DNA of 64,000 nt from Eledone cirrhosa (GCA_964016885.1 OZ024740.1:122884001-122948000), one strand, 5' to 3'. Numbered from the stretch's first letter, positions 50,930 to 62,298 are shown. Translations and numbers: made by a program. The notes: generated by a model from the sequence alone, not told the origin.

Positions 50930-52085
50930 CCTCTGCCAGACTTATCACAGGCTGAGATCACAAGAGCAGTCAAAGAGTTCAAATGTGGCAAGGCTGCTGT
51001 GGAAGATGAAATCCAGCCAAAGATGTTAAAACCCTTAAATAGACAAGGTATTCTCTAGTTGACTCATGTTTGCTGGGTGGCCTAAATCTATAGAAAGGCA
51101 ACTAAGCAATGGAAATCAGGAGTGTTAATCACAACTTTCAAAAAGAGTGACAAGAGAGATTTTTTCCAATTACAGAGGGATCTCACTGATAAGCCTTCTT
51201 GGTAAAGTCTATGCAAAGTTCTGGTAAAAAGATGCAGGATATTGTTGAGTTCAAGTTAACGGATGAACAGTGTAACTTGTGCCCTAGATGCAGCACAGCC
51301 GACCAAATATTCATACTACGACAGATCTTTCAGAAATTGTGGGAGTATTACCATGAGAGATATTTTTGTTTTGTAGACCTTGAAAAAGCATATGGCTATG
51401 TTCCTCAGGACATGCTGTGGAAGGTTTTGCAGTTTTGGGATGGATGGTCAGCTTCTTGCTACTCTGATGTCTCTATACAAATACCCAGTATTTGTCATCA
51501 GATACATGATGCTAAATCAAAGCTATTAGACTCTACCAAGGGTGCATACTGTCACCTCTCCTCTTCATTATTTACATGGACAAGGCGGTGGATTGGTAGT
51601 ATCGGTAGAAGGTCAGACGCCATGCTTTGACGCATTGACTTACGGCCCTTGCCATTCTGAGTTCAAATCCCTCCGAGGTTAACTTTGTCTTTCATCCTTA
51701 CGGGGTCGATAAAATAAAGAACCAGTAATACACTGGTTAATTGCTGGCCTTGTGCCAAAAGTAGAAACAATTATTTACATGAACAAGATTGACAGCCAGG
51801 TTGGAAGTGTTATCATGACTGGCAGCTGTAAAATGAAATGGTGTTACTTAACTCGACAGAAAATGATATCCGACTTGCACATGGGAGGTTTGATGCCAAG
51901 TGCTGCATGGCTGGAAAGGAAATCAGTGCTTCAACAACTAAGGCACTAATCCTCTCAGCGAAGCCTATGCAGTGCCCTGTACATGTAAATGGAGTTACAC
52001 TGAAGCAGGCAGAGAATTTCAAGTATCCCATGTTCACGAGTGATGGAAGGCAGGAGGCAGAATTAAGTGCAAGAATTGCAGGTGC
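50930..52085 (+). pseudogene. Old RTE-clade RT relic (second family) interrupted by a SINE
   Basis: GKAAVEDEIQPKMLK, NYRGISL, STADQIFILRQI, CFVDLEKAY and LKQAENFKY. Confidence 0.8.
51585..51769 (+). mobile_element. Full-length young SINE with 18-bp TSD
   Basis: ATTATTTACATGGACAAG (51567-51584) and ATTATTTACATGAACAAG (51770-51787). Confidence 0.92.
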
Positions 52086-52103
52086 TCTCTCTCTCCCTAT
52101 ATA

Positions 52104-52299
52104 TATTATAATGCTCGGTTTGTTTGTAAACAAACAAACAGCCCGAAAGGTAAACGATGCTGACGATAGCTAATAAACTTGAAACTAGTACATCGTTCCT
52201 GTGTCAGTGTTGAACAAAAAGGTGACGATGATTGCCTGAACACTATATGGCGTAATTCGAGCTGTTTGTTTGTTTACAAACAAACCGAGCATTATAATA
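52104..52299. mobile_element. ~196-bp element bounded by 44-bp inverted repeats and containing a hammerhead motif
   Basis: 52104-52147 vs 52256-52299, 1 mismatch. Confidence 0.85.
52148..52200 (+). ncRNA. Minimal type I hammerhead ribozyme motif
   Basis: AGG(TA)AACGATG-CTGACGA-tagctaataaactt-GAAA-CTAG-TA-CATCGTTCCT. Helix I is 7+3 bp, helix III is the palindrome ACTAGT, helix II is weak. Confidence 0.75.
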
Positions 52300-52482
52300 A
52301 ATCTTCGGTAAACCCATACGTACATATATATATGTGTGCATGTATGTGTATATATACATACTATTGTACGTCTGTATACATGTATGTATGTACGTATACA
52401 TACATACTTACATTTAAGTATCAGTCGTACTAAGAGTGAGAAATGAAATTTCGTTTCATTCTTTTCCATTTATATATATATA

Positions 52483-52542
52483 GTCCAGAATTAGCCATCG
52501 AAACGGCTTGAGCTCAGCCGTCGGGGTCCTACTCGTTCCTAT
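52483..52542 (+). repeat. Single arm of the 56546-56661 palindrome (putative hammerhead 3' half) between (TA)n tracts
   Basis: GTCCAGAATTAGCCATCGAAACGGCTTGAGCTCAGCCGTCGGGGTCC. Confidence 0.85.
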
Positions 52543-52746
52543 ATATATGTATATATATATATATATAAATATATATATATATATGGAGAGCTAACAGCCA
52601 TTCATTCTCCATCGGATCATGTTTAGATATGTATATGTAAGCATACACACACATGCATATATATATGGTTACATATATCAACATCTACACATATACATGT
52701 TCAAGTGAATCTCACTTTCTCTCTCTCTCCATACATACGTACACAC

Positions 52747-52810
<64 letters not shown>

Positions 52811-52931
52811 GTATACACATATATATATATATATACATATATTTACATATATATATATATATATATACATATATTTACTTTATATATATATATACACATA
52901 TATATATATATATACACACATATATATATAT

Positions 52932-55900
52932 ATCATCATCATCATCATCATCATCAACGTTTAACGTCCGTGTTCCACGCTTGCATGGGTTTGGACGGGG
53001 GTAGTCCCACTTGAGGCAAGAGTGATTGTCTTGCTCGCATAGGACTGTCTGGCAGGTTTTCTACAGTTGGATGCCCTTCCTAACACCAACCACATTTACA
53101 GTGTGGGTCTGGGAGGTTTTTACCGTGTTGCCTACACGGCCACATTACAGCGTGGACTGTGTGTTTTTTTGTCGTGACACCTACACGATCTCATTTGTTT
53201 CGGCCCGGATGGCGCGGCACCAACATAACTTTACATAGGACGGGGTGGTGTGGATGGGGTGGGGGTGGTGGTGGTGGGACGGGGTGTATTTTGTTAGAGA
53301 TGCCTACTGGCAAGGCGGGTCTTCTCTGTTACTGAGTACCGCCAAAGTTCTCGGTCCAGTGACATTGTCTTGGAGAGGTGTAAGTGTGTGAGGTCGGAGT
53401 TTATCAGCTCGTCCCAGGTTTTTCTAGGTCTGCCTATTCCGTGGCTACCGTCTATCTTTATTGCCCTGCACTTTGTTATACAGCTATCGACTTTCATGCG
53501 CATCACGTGTCCATACCAACGTAGCCTTCTCTCGAGTAAACAACATCTGATCCCTCTTATCTCTAATTTTTTCCTTAGTTCGTTTATGCTTTGCCGTTCA
53601 CGTATATTACTGTTACACATCCAGCGGAGCATGCAAGCTTCGTTCCTCTCTAGTCTGCGTATATCCTCTGCACACAATGCCCAGGTCTCACTGCCATGCA
53701 ACATTGCTGTTCGTATGCAGGCATCGTACAACCTGCCTTTCATTTTTAGGGAGAACCCTTTAGCAGCTAATAGTGGTATAAGCTCTCTGAACTTTTTCCA
53801 ACCAGTTCTGACTCTAGCTACAGTACTTTCAGAGCACCCTCCCCCACTGCTGATTTTATCGCCCAGGTAACGGAAGCTGTCCACTATTTCTATAGAACCC
53901 TCTGCGCAATTGAAAGAGCTAGTATTGTGTGGGCACTTGCTGCTACTTATTGCACCAGAACACCGGCCACATGTAAAATCTATGTTCTTAGTTAGCTTAC
54001 CTGTGATCCCACTACATCTTTTATGCACCCATACTTTGCATTTAGGACACAAAATGGAGTTTCTACCTACGCCTTTCCTACACACCGAGCACGACCATTT
54101 CCCAGAAGGGACCGCCGCCTTGTTTTCTTTCCTACAAACTAGAACTTTGGTCTTAGCCAGGTTAATTTTAAGTCCTTTTGACTCTAGGCCGTGCTTCCAT
54201 GTTTGGAATTTCTTCTCTAGCTCGGCCATTGATTCCGCTATGAGTGTCAGGTCGTCTGCGTATAGGAGTTCCCATGGGCAGCCTGTCTTGAACTCCTCTG
54301 TTATAGCCTGAAGGGCAATAATAAATAGTAGGGGGCTGAGAACAGAGCCCTGATGGACGCCAACTTTTACGCTAAACTCTTCACTATATTCGTTGTTAAT
54401 TCTAACCTTGCTGACTGTTTCTTTATACATGGCTTGTATAGCCCTCACAAGCCATTCGTCAACGCCTAGTTTTCTAAGAGCCCACCAGATAATGGAGCGG
54501 GGGACTCTGTCGAAGGCTTTCTCCAAGTCGACAAAAGCTAAGTAGAGGGGTTTACCTTTAGCTAGGTACTTCTCCTGTAGTTGTCGTACTATGAAAAGAG
54601 CGTCTGTGGTACTTTTGCCTGACACAAACCCGAACTGCATTTCATCTAGGTCAATTCTCTCTCTGATTAGTTGCGCTATTACTTTTTCTGTGACCTTCAT
54701 GACCTGGTCGATTAATTTAATGCCTCTATAGTTACTCCTATCTAGGGCGTCTCCTTTACCCTTATAACAGTTAACGATGATGCTGCTATGCCAGTCCTTC
54801 GGAACAACCCCATTCTGTACGACTTGGTTAACTATGCGGGTGACCATGGTGTGTCCCACCGTGCCAGATGCCTTCAGCATCTCAGCAACTATTTCCGAAG
54901 GCCCAGCCGCCTTACCTGTCTTCATATCCTTGATTGCCTTACTTATTATACTCCCCTCGACTAACACTGCTGGTCCCTCTATTGGGTCGACATGGGGGAG
55001 ACTGTCTTTCTCCCATTTATTCTCCTCATTTAGTAGCCTTTCATAGTGACACTTCCAAGCTGCCTTCTTATCAGTGTCGGTGATGGCAAGTATGCCATCA
55101 TCGTTAAGTACACACTTCTCCCCGACAATATCACGGTTTTCCTTGACGCATTGCCTAGCAATCCTGAACACCTCACGTTTTTGGTCATCGCGTTGTAGGA
55201 CATGCTTGAACTTTCTTTCCTCAGCTTCCCTTCTTGCTAAGTACACTTCTCTCCTAGCTTCCCTCCTGGCCACTTGATAGTCTACTCTACTTCCCCCATC
55301 CCGCCATACTTTCCAAGCCTGCTTTTTGGCCTTAATTGACTCCTCCACCTTACTGTTCCACCACCATGTTACTCTCCTCCTGCCTACAGGCCTGCTCCAG
55401 CCACAGACTTCGTCTGTGGCCAACAGCAGGTTTGCTTTCAGAAATTCCCACTGTCCCTCTATATTGTCCGACTCTAAGTGTTCTTCCTTACTGTCGAAAG
55501 CATCAAGTAATATGTTTTGAAATTTATTTTTGGCTGTGGGGTCCTTTAGCTTCCATATTTTTCTCCTGAGGATAGTCCTCTTCTGCTGTCGAGTACGTCT
55601 CGACCTGACTATGAGGTCGCTAATTATCAGTCTATGTTGGGAGGTGCATTCTTCATGGGGGAGGGATTTAGTGTTTACAACAGACACTCTGTCACGTCTT
55701 CTGGTAAGGATATAATCTACCTGGCTTGTGTGTTCCCCGGATCTATAGGTGATCAGGTGATTGTCACGTTTTTTGAAGTTAGTGTTACAGATAGTTAGGT
55801 TATTTGCATCACAGAATTCCAGGATTCTGGAGCCTTCCTCATTTCTAGTACCAAACCCATAGCCTCCATGGATTTCGTCGTAGCCGTCACAATGTTGCCC

Positions 55901-56448
55901 AACGTGACCATTTAGGTCGCCTGCAATAATTATATAGTCACTGTCAGATATTTGGGAGGTAGTGAGCATCAGTGTCTCATAGAATCTGTCTTTTATAGTG
56001 CCGGGCAGTCCGGATTGGGGTGCATACGCAGATATTACTGTCACCGTAGTTCTATTGAGGACAAGTCGTATTTTAATTATTCTGTCGTTCACTCTATTTA
56101 CGTCTATTATCTTATCCGCCCACTTTTCTGCTACCATGATTCCTACTCCACCCAGCCCATCGTCGTTTCCCACCCAGAAAAGCTTATAACATCGTTTTTT
56201 ACCCTCAATGAATCTAGCAGACCCACCCCTCCACCTGGTCTCTTGAATACAACAAACATCGACCTCCTTACGTTCAAGCATTTCTACAACCTCGTTAGCG
56301 CGCCCCTTTAGGGTGCCTACATTTATGGTACCAACTCTGAAGTTTTGGATCGCGTTTGGAGGGTGGGGGTGGTGTGGGGCGGGGGGAGATGGGGTTATGT
56401 TAGCCATCCGCGGGCGAAACAAAGAAGAGTGCTCGCATTCTCGTCCAC
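52932..56448 (-). mobile_element. RTE-clade LINE with complete ORF, inserted in (TA)n
   Basis: Single APE-RT ORF, ~340-nt 3' UTR, (GAT)n tail, (TA)n on both flanks. The 5' UTR is short (~40 nt) and possibly truncated. Confidence 0.95.
53294..56407 (-). CDS. RTE LINE polyprotein, 1037 aa: APE endonuclease + reverse transcriptase with inserted PHD-like C4HC3 finger
   Basis: Uninterrupted frame from MANITP. APE motifs [38 protein letters not shown] motifs [33 protein letters not shown]. Confidence 0.93.
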   Translation of the reverse strand: MANITPSPPAPHHPHPPNAIQNFRVGTINVGTLKGRANEVVEMLERKEVDVCCIQETRWRGGSARFIEGKKRCYKLFWVGNDDGLGGVGIMVAEKWADKIIDVNRVNDRIIKIRLVLNRTTVTVISAYAPQSGLPGTIKDRFYETLMLTTSQISDSDYIIIAGDLNGHVGQHCDGYDEIHGGYGFGTRNEEGSRILEFCDANNLTICNTNFKKRDNHLITYRSGEHTSQVDYILTRRRDRVSVVNTKSLPHEECTSQHRLIISDLIVRSRRTRQQKRTILRRKIWKLKDPTAKNKFQNILLDAFDSKEEHLESDNIEGQWEFLKANLLLATDEVCGWSRPVGRRRVTWWWNSKVEESIKAKKQAWKVWRDGGSRVDYQVARREARREVYLARREAEERKFKHVLQRDDQKREVFRIARQCVKENRDIVGEKCVLNDDGILAITDTDKKAAWKCHYERLLNEENKWEKDSLPHVDPIEGPAVLVEGSIISKAIKDMKTGKAAGPSEIVAEMLKASGTVGHTMVTRIVNQVVQNGVVPKDWHSSIIVNCYKGKGDALDRSNYRGIKLIDQVMKVTEKVIAQLIRERIDLDEMQFGFVSGKSTTDALFIVRQLQEKYLAKGKPLYLAFVDLEKAFDRVPRSIIWWALRKLGVDEWLVRAIQAMYKETVSKVRINNEYSEEFSVKVGVHQGSVLSPLLFIIALQAITEEFKTGCPWELLYADDLTLIAESMAELEKKFQTWKHGLESKGLKINLAKTKVLVCRKENKAAVPSGKWSCSVCRKGVGRNSILCPKCKVWVHKRCSGITGKLTKNIDFTCGRCSGAISSSKCPHNTSSFNCAEGSIEIVDSFRYLGDKISSGGGCSESTVARVRTGWKKFRELIPLLAAKGFSLKMKGRLYDACIRTAMLHGSETWALCAEDIRRLERNEACMLRWMCNSNIRERQSINELRKKLEIRGIRCCLLERRLRWYGHVMRMKVDSCITKCRAIKIDGSHGIGRPRKTWDELINSDLTHLHLSKTMSLDRELWRYSVTEKTRLASRHL

Positions 56449-56545
56449 TATATATATATATATATGTAACGAAGGAAATGTGGTAAGGAACCAGGTGGAC
56501 CATAACGCACCAAAGTACTCAATACTTGAGGTAGTAGAGTGGGTA

Positions 56546-56661
56546 ATAGGAACCAGTAAGACCCCGACAGCTGAGCTCAAGCCGTTTCGACGGCTAATTC
56601 TGTCCAGAATTAGCCGTCGAAACGGCTTGAGCTCAGCTGTCGGGGTCTTACTGGTTCCTAT
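56546..56661. repeat. Perfect 57-bp-arm palindrome with 2-nt spacer (putative hammerhead-derived fold-back)
   Basis: 56546-56602 is the exact reverse complement of 56605-56661. Confidence 0.95.
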
Positions 56662-56725
56662 ATATATATGTATATATATATATATATGTGTGTATATATA
56701 TATATGTATATATATATGTGTGTGT

Positions 56726-56799
<74 letters not shown>

Positions 56800-56818
56800 A
56801 TATATATATATAAATATA

Positions 56819-56889
<71 letters not shown>

Positions 56890-57188
56890 TTTTGTGCGTG
56901 TATGTATGTATGGAGAGAGAGAGAGAAAGTGAGATTCACTTGAACATGTATATGTGTAGATGTTGATATATGTAACCATATATATATGCATGTGTGTGTA
57001 TGCTTACATATACATATCTACACATGATCCGATGGAGAATGAATGGCTGTTGGCTCTCCATTCTTATACAAACAATACACATTATTACTATATAGAATGT
57101 TATATACCAAAACAGAAAGCCAAATAATGTTTTGCAAAACCTAATGCAGCCATTTATCAAATATTTGTTTATTTAAAATTCCATTCTG

Positions 57189-57229
<41 letters not shown>

Positions 57230-58137
57230 ACAGTGAGCATCATATGTTATTGTTTCATTTCTTTCAGCTCTTATTGTTCATATCAATTTTGCTCTCTTTA
57301 TTGTGAGTCGCTGTGTCTCTTGTATTAGTAGTAGTAGAAGTTGTTTTGGTTGTTACTGACTTAGTTGTATGATCAATAAATACAATTTGATTCCAGAATT
57401 CGTCAATATTGATCAATGAACTGTAGACTTGCTCACAAGATCAATCATTGATAGAAGGTCACTTTTGAATATTTCACTGATTACTCAAATGAATACCTGA
57501 AATAAGAGCATGTCTCCATATCTCTCTTGAAGTGTAAAAAAATACAGTGCATCACATAGAAACAAGTACAGACTTAATCAAGAATGAAGAAAGAAAATTC
57601 TGATGTAATAAGTGACTAGATACATTGAAACTAAGGTAGAGTGTGACAAGCCCAGTGCAAAAGTGAATTGTATCCCATTAAATTGTATCCCATTAAATTG
57701 TATCTGTCATCTCAGTTTTACAGACAATTATATTAACTTAGTGGTGCATTTGATGTAGTGTACACCAATTTCTCATGATGACCAGAAGTATATAATTGTT
57801 ATATTTGGGGGTGACCATCTTGCCAGTATTACCAATAAAAACACAAGCACCATATGATTTTCATTTTATTTTTATTATTAGTTATTTGTTTATTGAGTCA
57901 AATTTCCTTCATCATCGATTCTGTTCGTTCATGAGTAACTATTTGTTCCCTTCTGTACTTGCTCTTCTTTGAAAATGAGGAGATGAAGTAACAAAATAAG
58001 ACCAAAAAGCAATTAGTCACAGAAAAAAACAAATATCCATTGAGTAGGTCACAGAATGAGTGACGAAAGAACTTGACAAACTAATCAATAACTACTAATA
58101 AAGATACAGTGAAAAAGCGAAAATCATATAATGTGTT

Positions 58138-58320
58138 CGGTGGATTGGCAGTATCGATAGAGAGGCAGATGCCATGCTTTGCAACATAGAGTTACGACCC
58201 TTTACGATTTGAGTTCAAATCCTGCGAAGGTTAACTTTGCCTTTCATGCTTACAGGGTCGGTAAAATAAAGTACCAGTAATGCACTGGGAAAATTGCTGG
58301 CCTTGTGCCAAAAGTAGAAA
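58138..58320 (+). mobile_element. Young tRNA-type SINE
   Basis: CGGTGGATTGGCAGTATCG...GGCCTTGTGCCAAAAGTAGAAA. Confidence 0.88.
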
Positions 58321-59699
58321 TAATTATGAATGGCAATACTGGCAACATCACCAGCCTCAGATCTAACAATATTCCTATCATCATCATCATCATCATTTAC
58401 CAGCAAGAGTCGGATGTGTCTTCAGAGACCATGTCGTTATTGAAGGGGGGGCAACTGACCTCCCAGACAGGCTTGAGGTTCACATCTTGCTTACATGTGC
58501 TCCCACATTCTGCCAAGTTCATTTTATTGTGGCCCCATATATACATGTTTTCTTGTGTTTGATTGGATAATATACACGTCTTCTGATGAGGGGCCGATTA
58601 GATCCAAAAATCAATTAAATATGTTTATCATATTTTCAAAATATATATATGTCTATCCAGGTCAATTTTGCCTTTCATCCTTTCGATGTTGATAAAAACG
58701 TACCAGTCTCTTACTGGGCTGGATACTTCCTTTCTCTGGAAGAGATTTGCTGTACTCAGGCCTAGAAAGTGATGGGCTCAGTCAAGCTTAAACTGCCCAA
58801 GAAATGCTGTATGTCAATACAACACCCTTATGACTCTATCAAGAGTTATGGGACCATACATATATACATATATATATATATATACAATGGGTTTCTTAAC
58901 AGTTTTTATCTAGCAATTTCCCTCACAAGCTATTGGTCAGTAAATATATATATGTAATTTTAGTTATTATAGTAACTACCTATGTATTTTTTTTTGTATC
59001 TTAATTCAAAATGTTATTAACTCAACAAATAAATAGGTAAAGAAAAAGGTGAGAAATTCAAATTTATTGATTAATTAATGATTAATTAACAAAGTAACTT
59101 CTGAACAGATAACATTTTAAGAAACTAATTATGAAACTTTTTCCACTTCCTCATTTGCCTGGAGCAAAAATGTATAATGAAAAAAAGTAAAGCAGTTTTG
59201 AGATAGTGACAAATGATATATGTACTGTTTCTTTAAAGTCAGACAATGTCATTTACATAAGACTATTGGTTGAATTTCTTTGGTGAATTATTGTATATTA
59301 TTTCTTTATTTATTTGTGTGTTTTGCTCCAATCAATACGGCAATCAAAGAAGTTCACATCACAAATGAAAGAGTACTGCCAGGACTGAAGAACATCTTGA
59401 TATTTTCCAACAAAGATGCAGACAAAAAATCCTGGGCAAAAGTTGGCCAGACAAGATCACATATGAAGATATATTTTGAGAGCCAATGCCACATGCTTGA
59501 GTTTTGTCATCAAGAAGAAAATGATGCAGTTGGTAGAGCATCTCCTACAAATGCGGGACAATATACCTGCAAAAGATGCAATGCCATGGTCGCTAGCTGG
59601 TGGGAAAAGACCAAATGTTAGGCCAAAGAAAACCTGGAGAACCACCCTAAAAAATGATCTGTGCACTAATTGTTGCCAGAGACAAAGAAAGCCTGTAGA

Positions 59700-60280
59700 G
59701 TATAGTGGTCTATTGCCATGAGGCTGGAGGAACTGGAACCAGATTAGCAGGTTGGTTATGCAAGATTCTCGATGTGAAATCAAATGTTGAAATAGACACT
59801 TTGGATATTATGTGAGGGTTAGATTTTGGAAATGCTTTTATTATTTGTTTACTTTTATGGAACTTTGCTAAGTCTTCAAAGCTGCATAGAAGTATGACAT
59901 GGGCTTTGATTGCACAGAACTGAAGAAAAGTGGACAGAAGTGAAGCAAGCATATTTTGATGGACATGTAATGTTAGTCTGCATGAGAGATGAAGCATAAT
60001 TGAACTGAGAGAAAAATCTGAGCTTAAGAGGGATTAGATGCAGTAAACAAGACAGAAGACTGTGATGTGATGGTTTGGACATGTGATATGTAAGAAGAAT
60101 GACAGCTTCATAAAAATTTGTAGCACACAAAGTTGATGGAAACTGGAAGAGGGATGCCTATGAAAATTTTGAATGGTGTAGTCAAGGTTGATCTCATGAA
60201 GCAGAACTTCACAAAGGAGATGACCCAAGATCGAGTTAAGTGGCAATATGTTATGTTGCAGAAGATTCACATTCCCACAC
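59700..60280 (+). pseudogene. Decayed RTE 3' coding relic
   Basis: Similar to 14400-14800 (ACATGGGCTTTG...GGGGATTAGATGCAG...GTTTGGACATGTGAT). Confidence 0.65.
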
Positions 60281-60739
60281 TAATAGGGTGAAATGCAAGA
60301 AAGAGAAAGGTTGACAGGCCCAACCCTCTTGTCCATTTTCCTAAACTTTTCCTTCCCTGCACCTCATATTCACCCTACTATTTCCCTAAACTAATGCTTA
60401 CCAAGGCAGAAAGAAAAAAAAGTATTACTACCCACATATATTTACTCAACTTCCTATCCTATCCATCCCCAATTTATTTCCTTGCATATTTCATGCCAGC
60501 ATGGAAGAAAGATGTGCCCCTCTACTCTCAACCTCATACCTTGTGCAACCTGTGCCAGTATAGAAAGCTAGGCACATCTCCCAATATACTGCCAGATGCA
60601 GCTCACTAATATTTCCTGTACATGTTCTGTTCCTGGTTGTCTTTATCTTAAAAATGGATTGTCTAGATTATATTCTTTCATAAATCTTTCCTTAAACCCG
60701 GATAAAGAGTTTCCACTCTTTTCCCATCTTTTGACAGAT

Positions 60740-61270
60740 ACAAGAGCTACAGTTTCAAACTCTTCCTCAACAGGTCCCACAGAATACAGTCATTGGCCTT
60801 TTCGAGTTTTATGAAACAAGAATACACTTCCTGGCAATACTTCTCAAATTTCTCAGACCTACCACAGTGTGAACATCCAGTAGGCTGTGCTGTGTCTGAG
60901 GTGAAAACTACACAGTTTTCAGCTATCTTGGACTCAACGATATCCTTACATCTCTTTGTCAGAGACATAGCATAGACTGTACTGGTGTGGTTTGACAAGG
61001 AGATCACTCTATAATTGAAGCAATCTCCCATGTCTCCCTTTTTAAAAATTGGATTATCACTCACAATTGCCATAAAGATCAAGGCCACTTCGCACACATG
61101 AGTCAAACAAAGAATACCTTCTCTATTTAAGGCTTTTAACATCATCCTTCCCTGTGGCCTTTCTACATTTGAGCTCTTTAAATACTCTTATGACCTCAGC
61201 CTTTGAGAGGTTAGTCATTAATCCAAGATGAACCTCATGTACAGTAGAACATGGGTTTAGGAGCTCAGCA
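60740..61270 (-). pseudogene. Old RTE-clade RT relic (second family)
   Basis: MLKALNREGILCLT, PIFKKGD..CFNYRVISL and CFIKLEKAND. Confidence 0.75.
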
Positions 61271-61329
61271 ATGTATCCCTCAAGAATGCATCCCTTTGAA
61301 GAGAGGAGAGCCTTTGAAAGTTTTCTGAA

Positions 61330-61860
61330 AGATATATTCTTTTAATGTTAGAATATTAAAGAAAATGTAAAGGAAGGGGTGACCAACGGAGCCAACACCA
61401 TTGCAAAAGACAGCAACGTCGCGAGTACTGAGCCATCTCTCTAATGATTTTTGAGGCAAGCCAGCACACTCACAGCATTGCCTTGGGTGATGGCGAAGCT
61501 GATGCGCTGAAACAGCCAAGCGCCCTCACGAGATTCACCAGTTACCTCTATTAGGCGAACCGCCAGTAAAGAGATGAACCTCGCAGTCAGCAGTCTGACT
61601 CCCCCAAACATCTCGAAAGCCACAGGCTGAAAAATGTAGCTGGCCAACAGATCAGAGTATTTGAGGGTCTTACTCCGCTCAGCTTCAGAAGCTGTGGCTC
61701 TTGTCCTAACCGCAGCATCCAGGATGTGGGAAATAGCAAAAGAGTCATTAACAGTGATGTCCCAGACAAGGCACCTGCCTGTCGACCAGGGGCACAGGGT
61801 AAGACCGTCAGTTTTCTTGTGTGCTAACAGTGTTACCCATAGCTCTCCATCGTCCCTAGT
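61330..61860 (-). mobile_element. CRE-like LINE 3' fragment (different subfamily)
   Basis: DGLTLCPWSTGRCLVWDIT...FQPVAFEMFG...WLFQRISFAITQGNA. Confidence 0.75.
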
Positions 61861-62141
61861 AGTTTATCACTGTTGGTCTAGCGTTGCTTATTTTCTTGAC
61901 AGGAGCCTGCCCATATCTCATCTAACCATCATAGCTGGTGGTCGTTTGGCTATCTAGCATCTATGACCCATGCTCTAGCAGAACATCTCTGCCAAGAAAC
62001 TATGAACATTTCAATAATTTTCAACAAGTATCTTAAAGTGAAAATAATAAAGTCTTATTGAAATGTCCATATTGTATGTATGTTCACCAATGAGAATATA
62101 TATTAACATTCTAGTTTTGAGACAATGTATTTGTTTGATTG

Positions 62142-62154
<13 letters not shown>

Positions 62155-62235
<81 letters not shown>

Positions 62236-62298
62236 CGTGCGTGTGCGTGTGTGTGTATGTGTGCATGTGAGTGAGTGTGGGTGCGTGTGTGTCTGTGT
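62155..62298. repeat. (GT)n microsatellite
   Basis: Read directly from the sequence. Confidence 0.97.

Larger units (their letters stand above)
52583..57061. repeat. ~165-bp inverted duplication (52583-52750 vs 56881-57061) bracketing the intact RTE
   Basis: ATGGAGAGCTAACAGCCATTCATTCTCCATCGGATCATG...GTGAATCTCACTTTCTCTC and its reverse complement, with few mismatches. Confidence 0.92.

Noticed and set aside
53370-54311. Antisense ORFs within RTE and Tx1 copies (e.g. 166 aa, 133 aa, 169 aa)
   Set aside because: These are shadow frames of the sense ORF, repeated only because the elements are repeated.
56408-56503. N-terminal 32 aa of the 1069-aa ORF call
   Set aside because: Runs through the flanking (TA)n tract (YIYIY) outside the element; the plausible start is the ATG at 56407.
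58575-58625. CTGATGA at ~58583 (and at ~36913, ~46075) as further hammerheads
   Set aside because: No intact downstream GAAA with pairing helices I and II; at best decayed relics.
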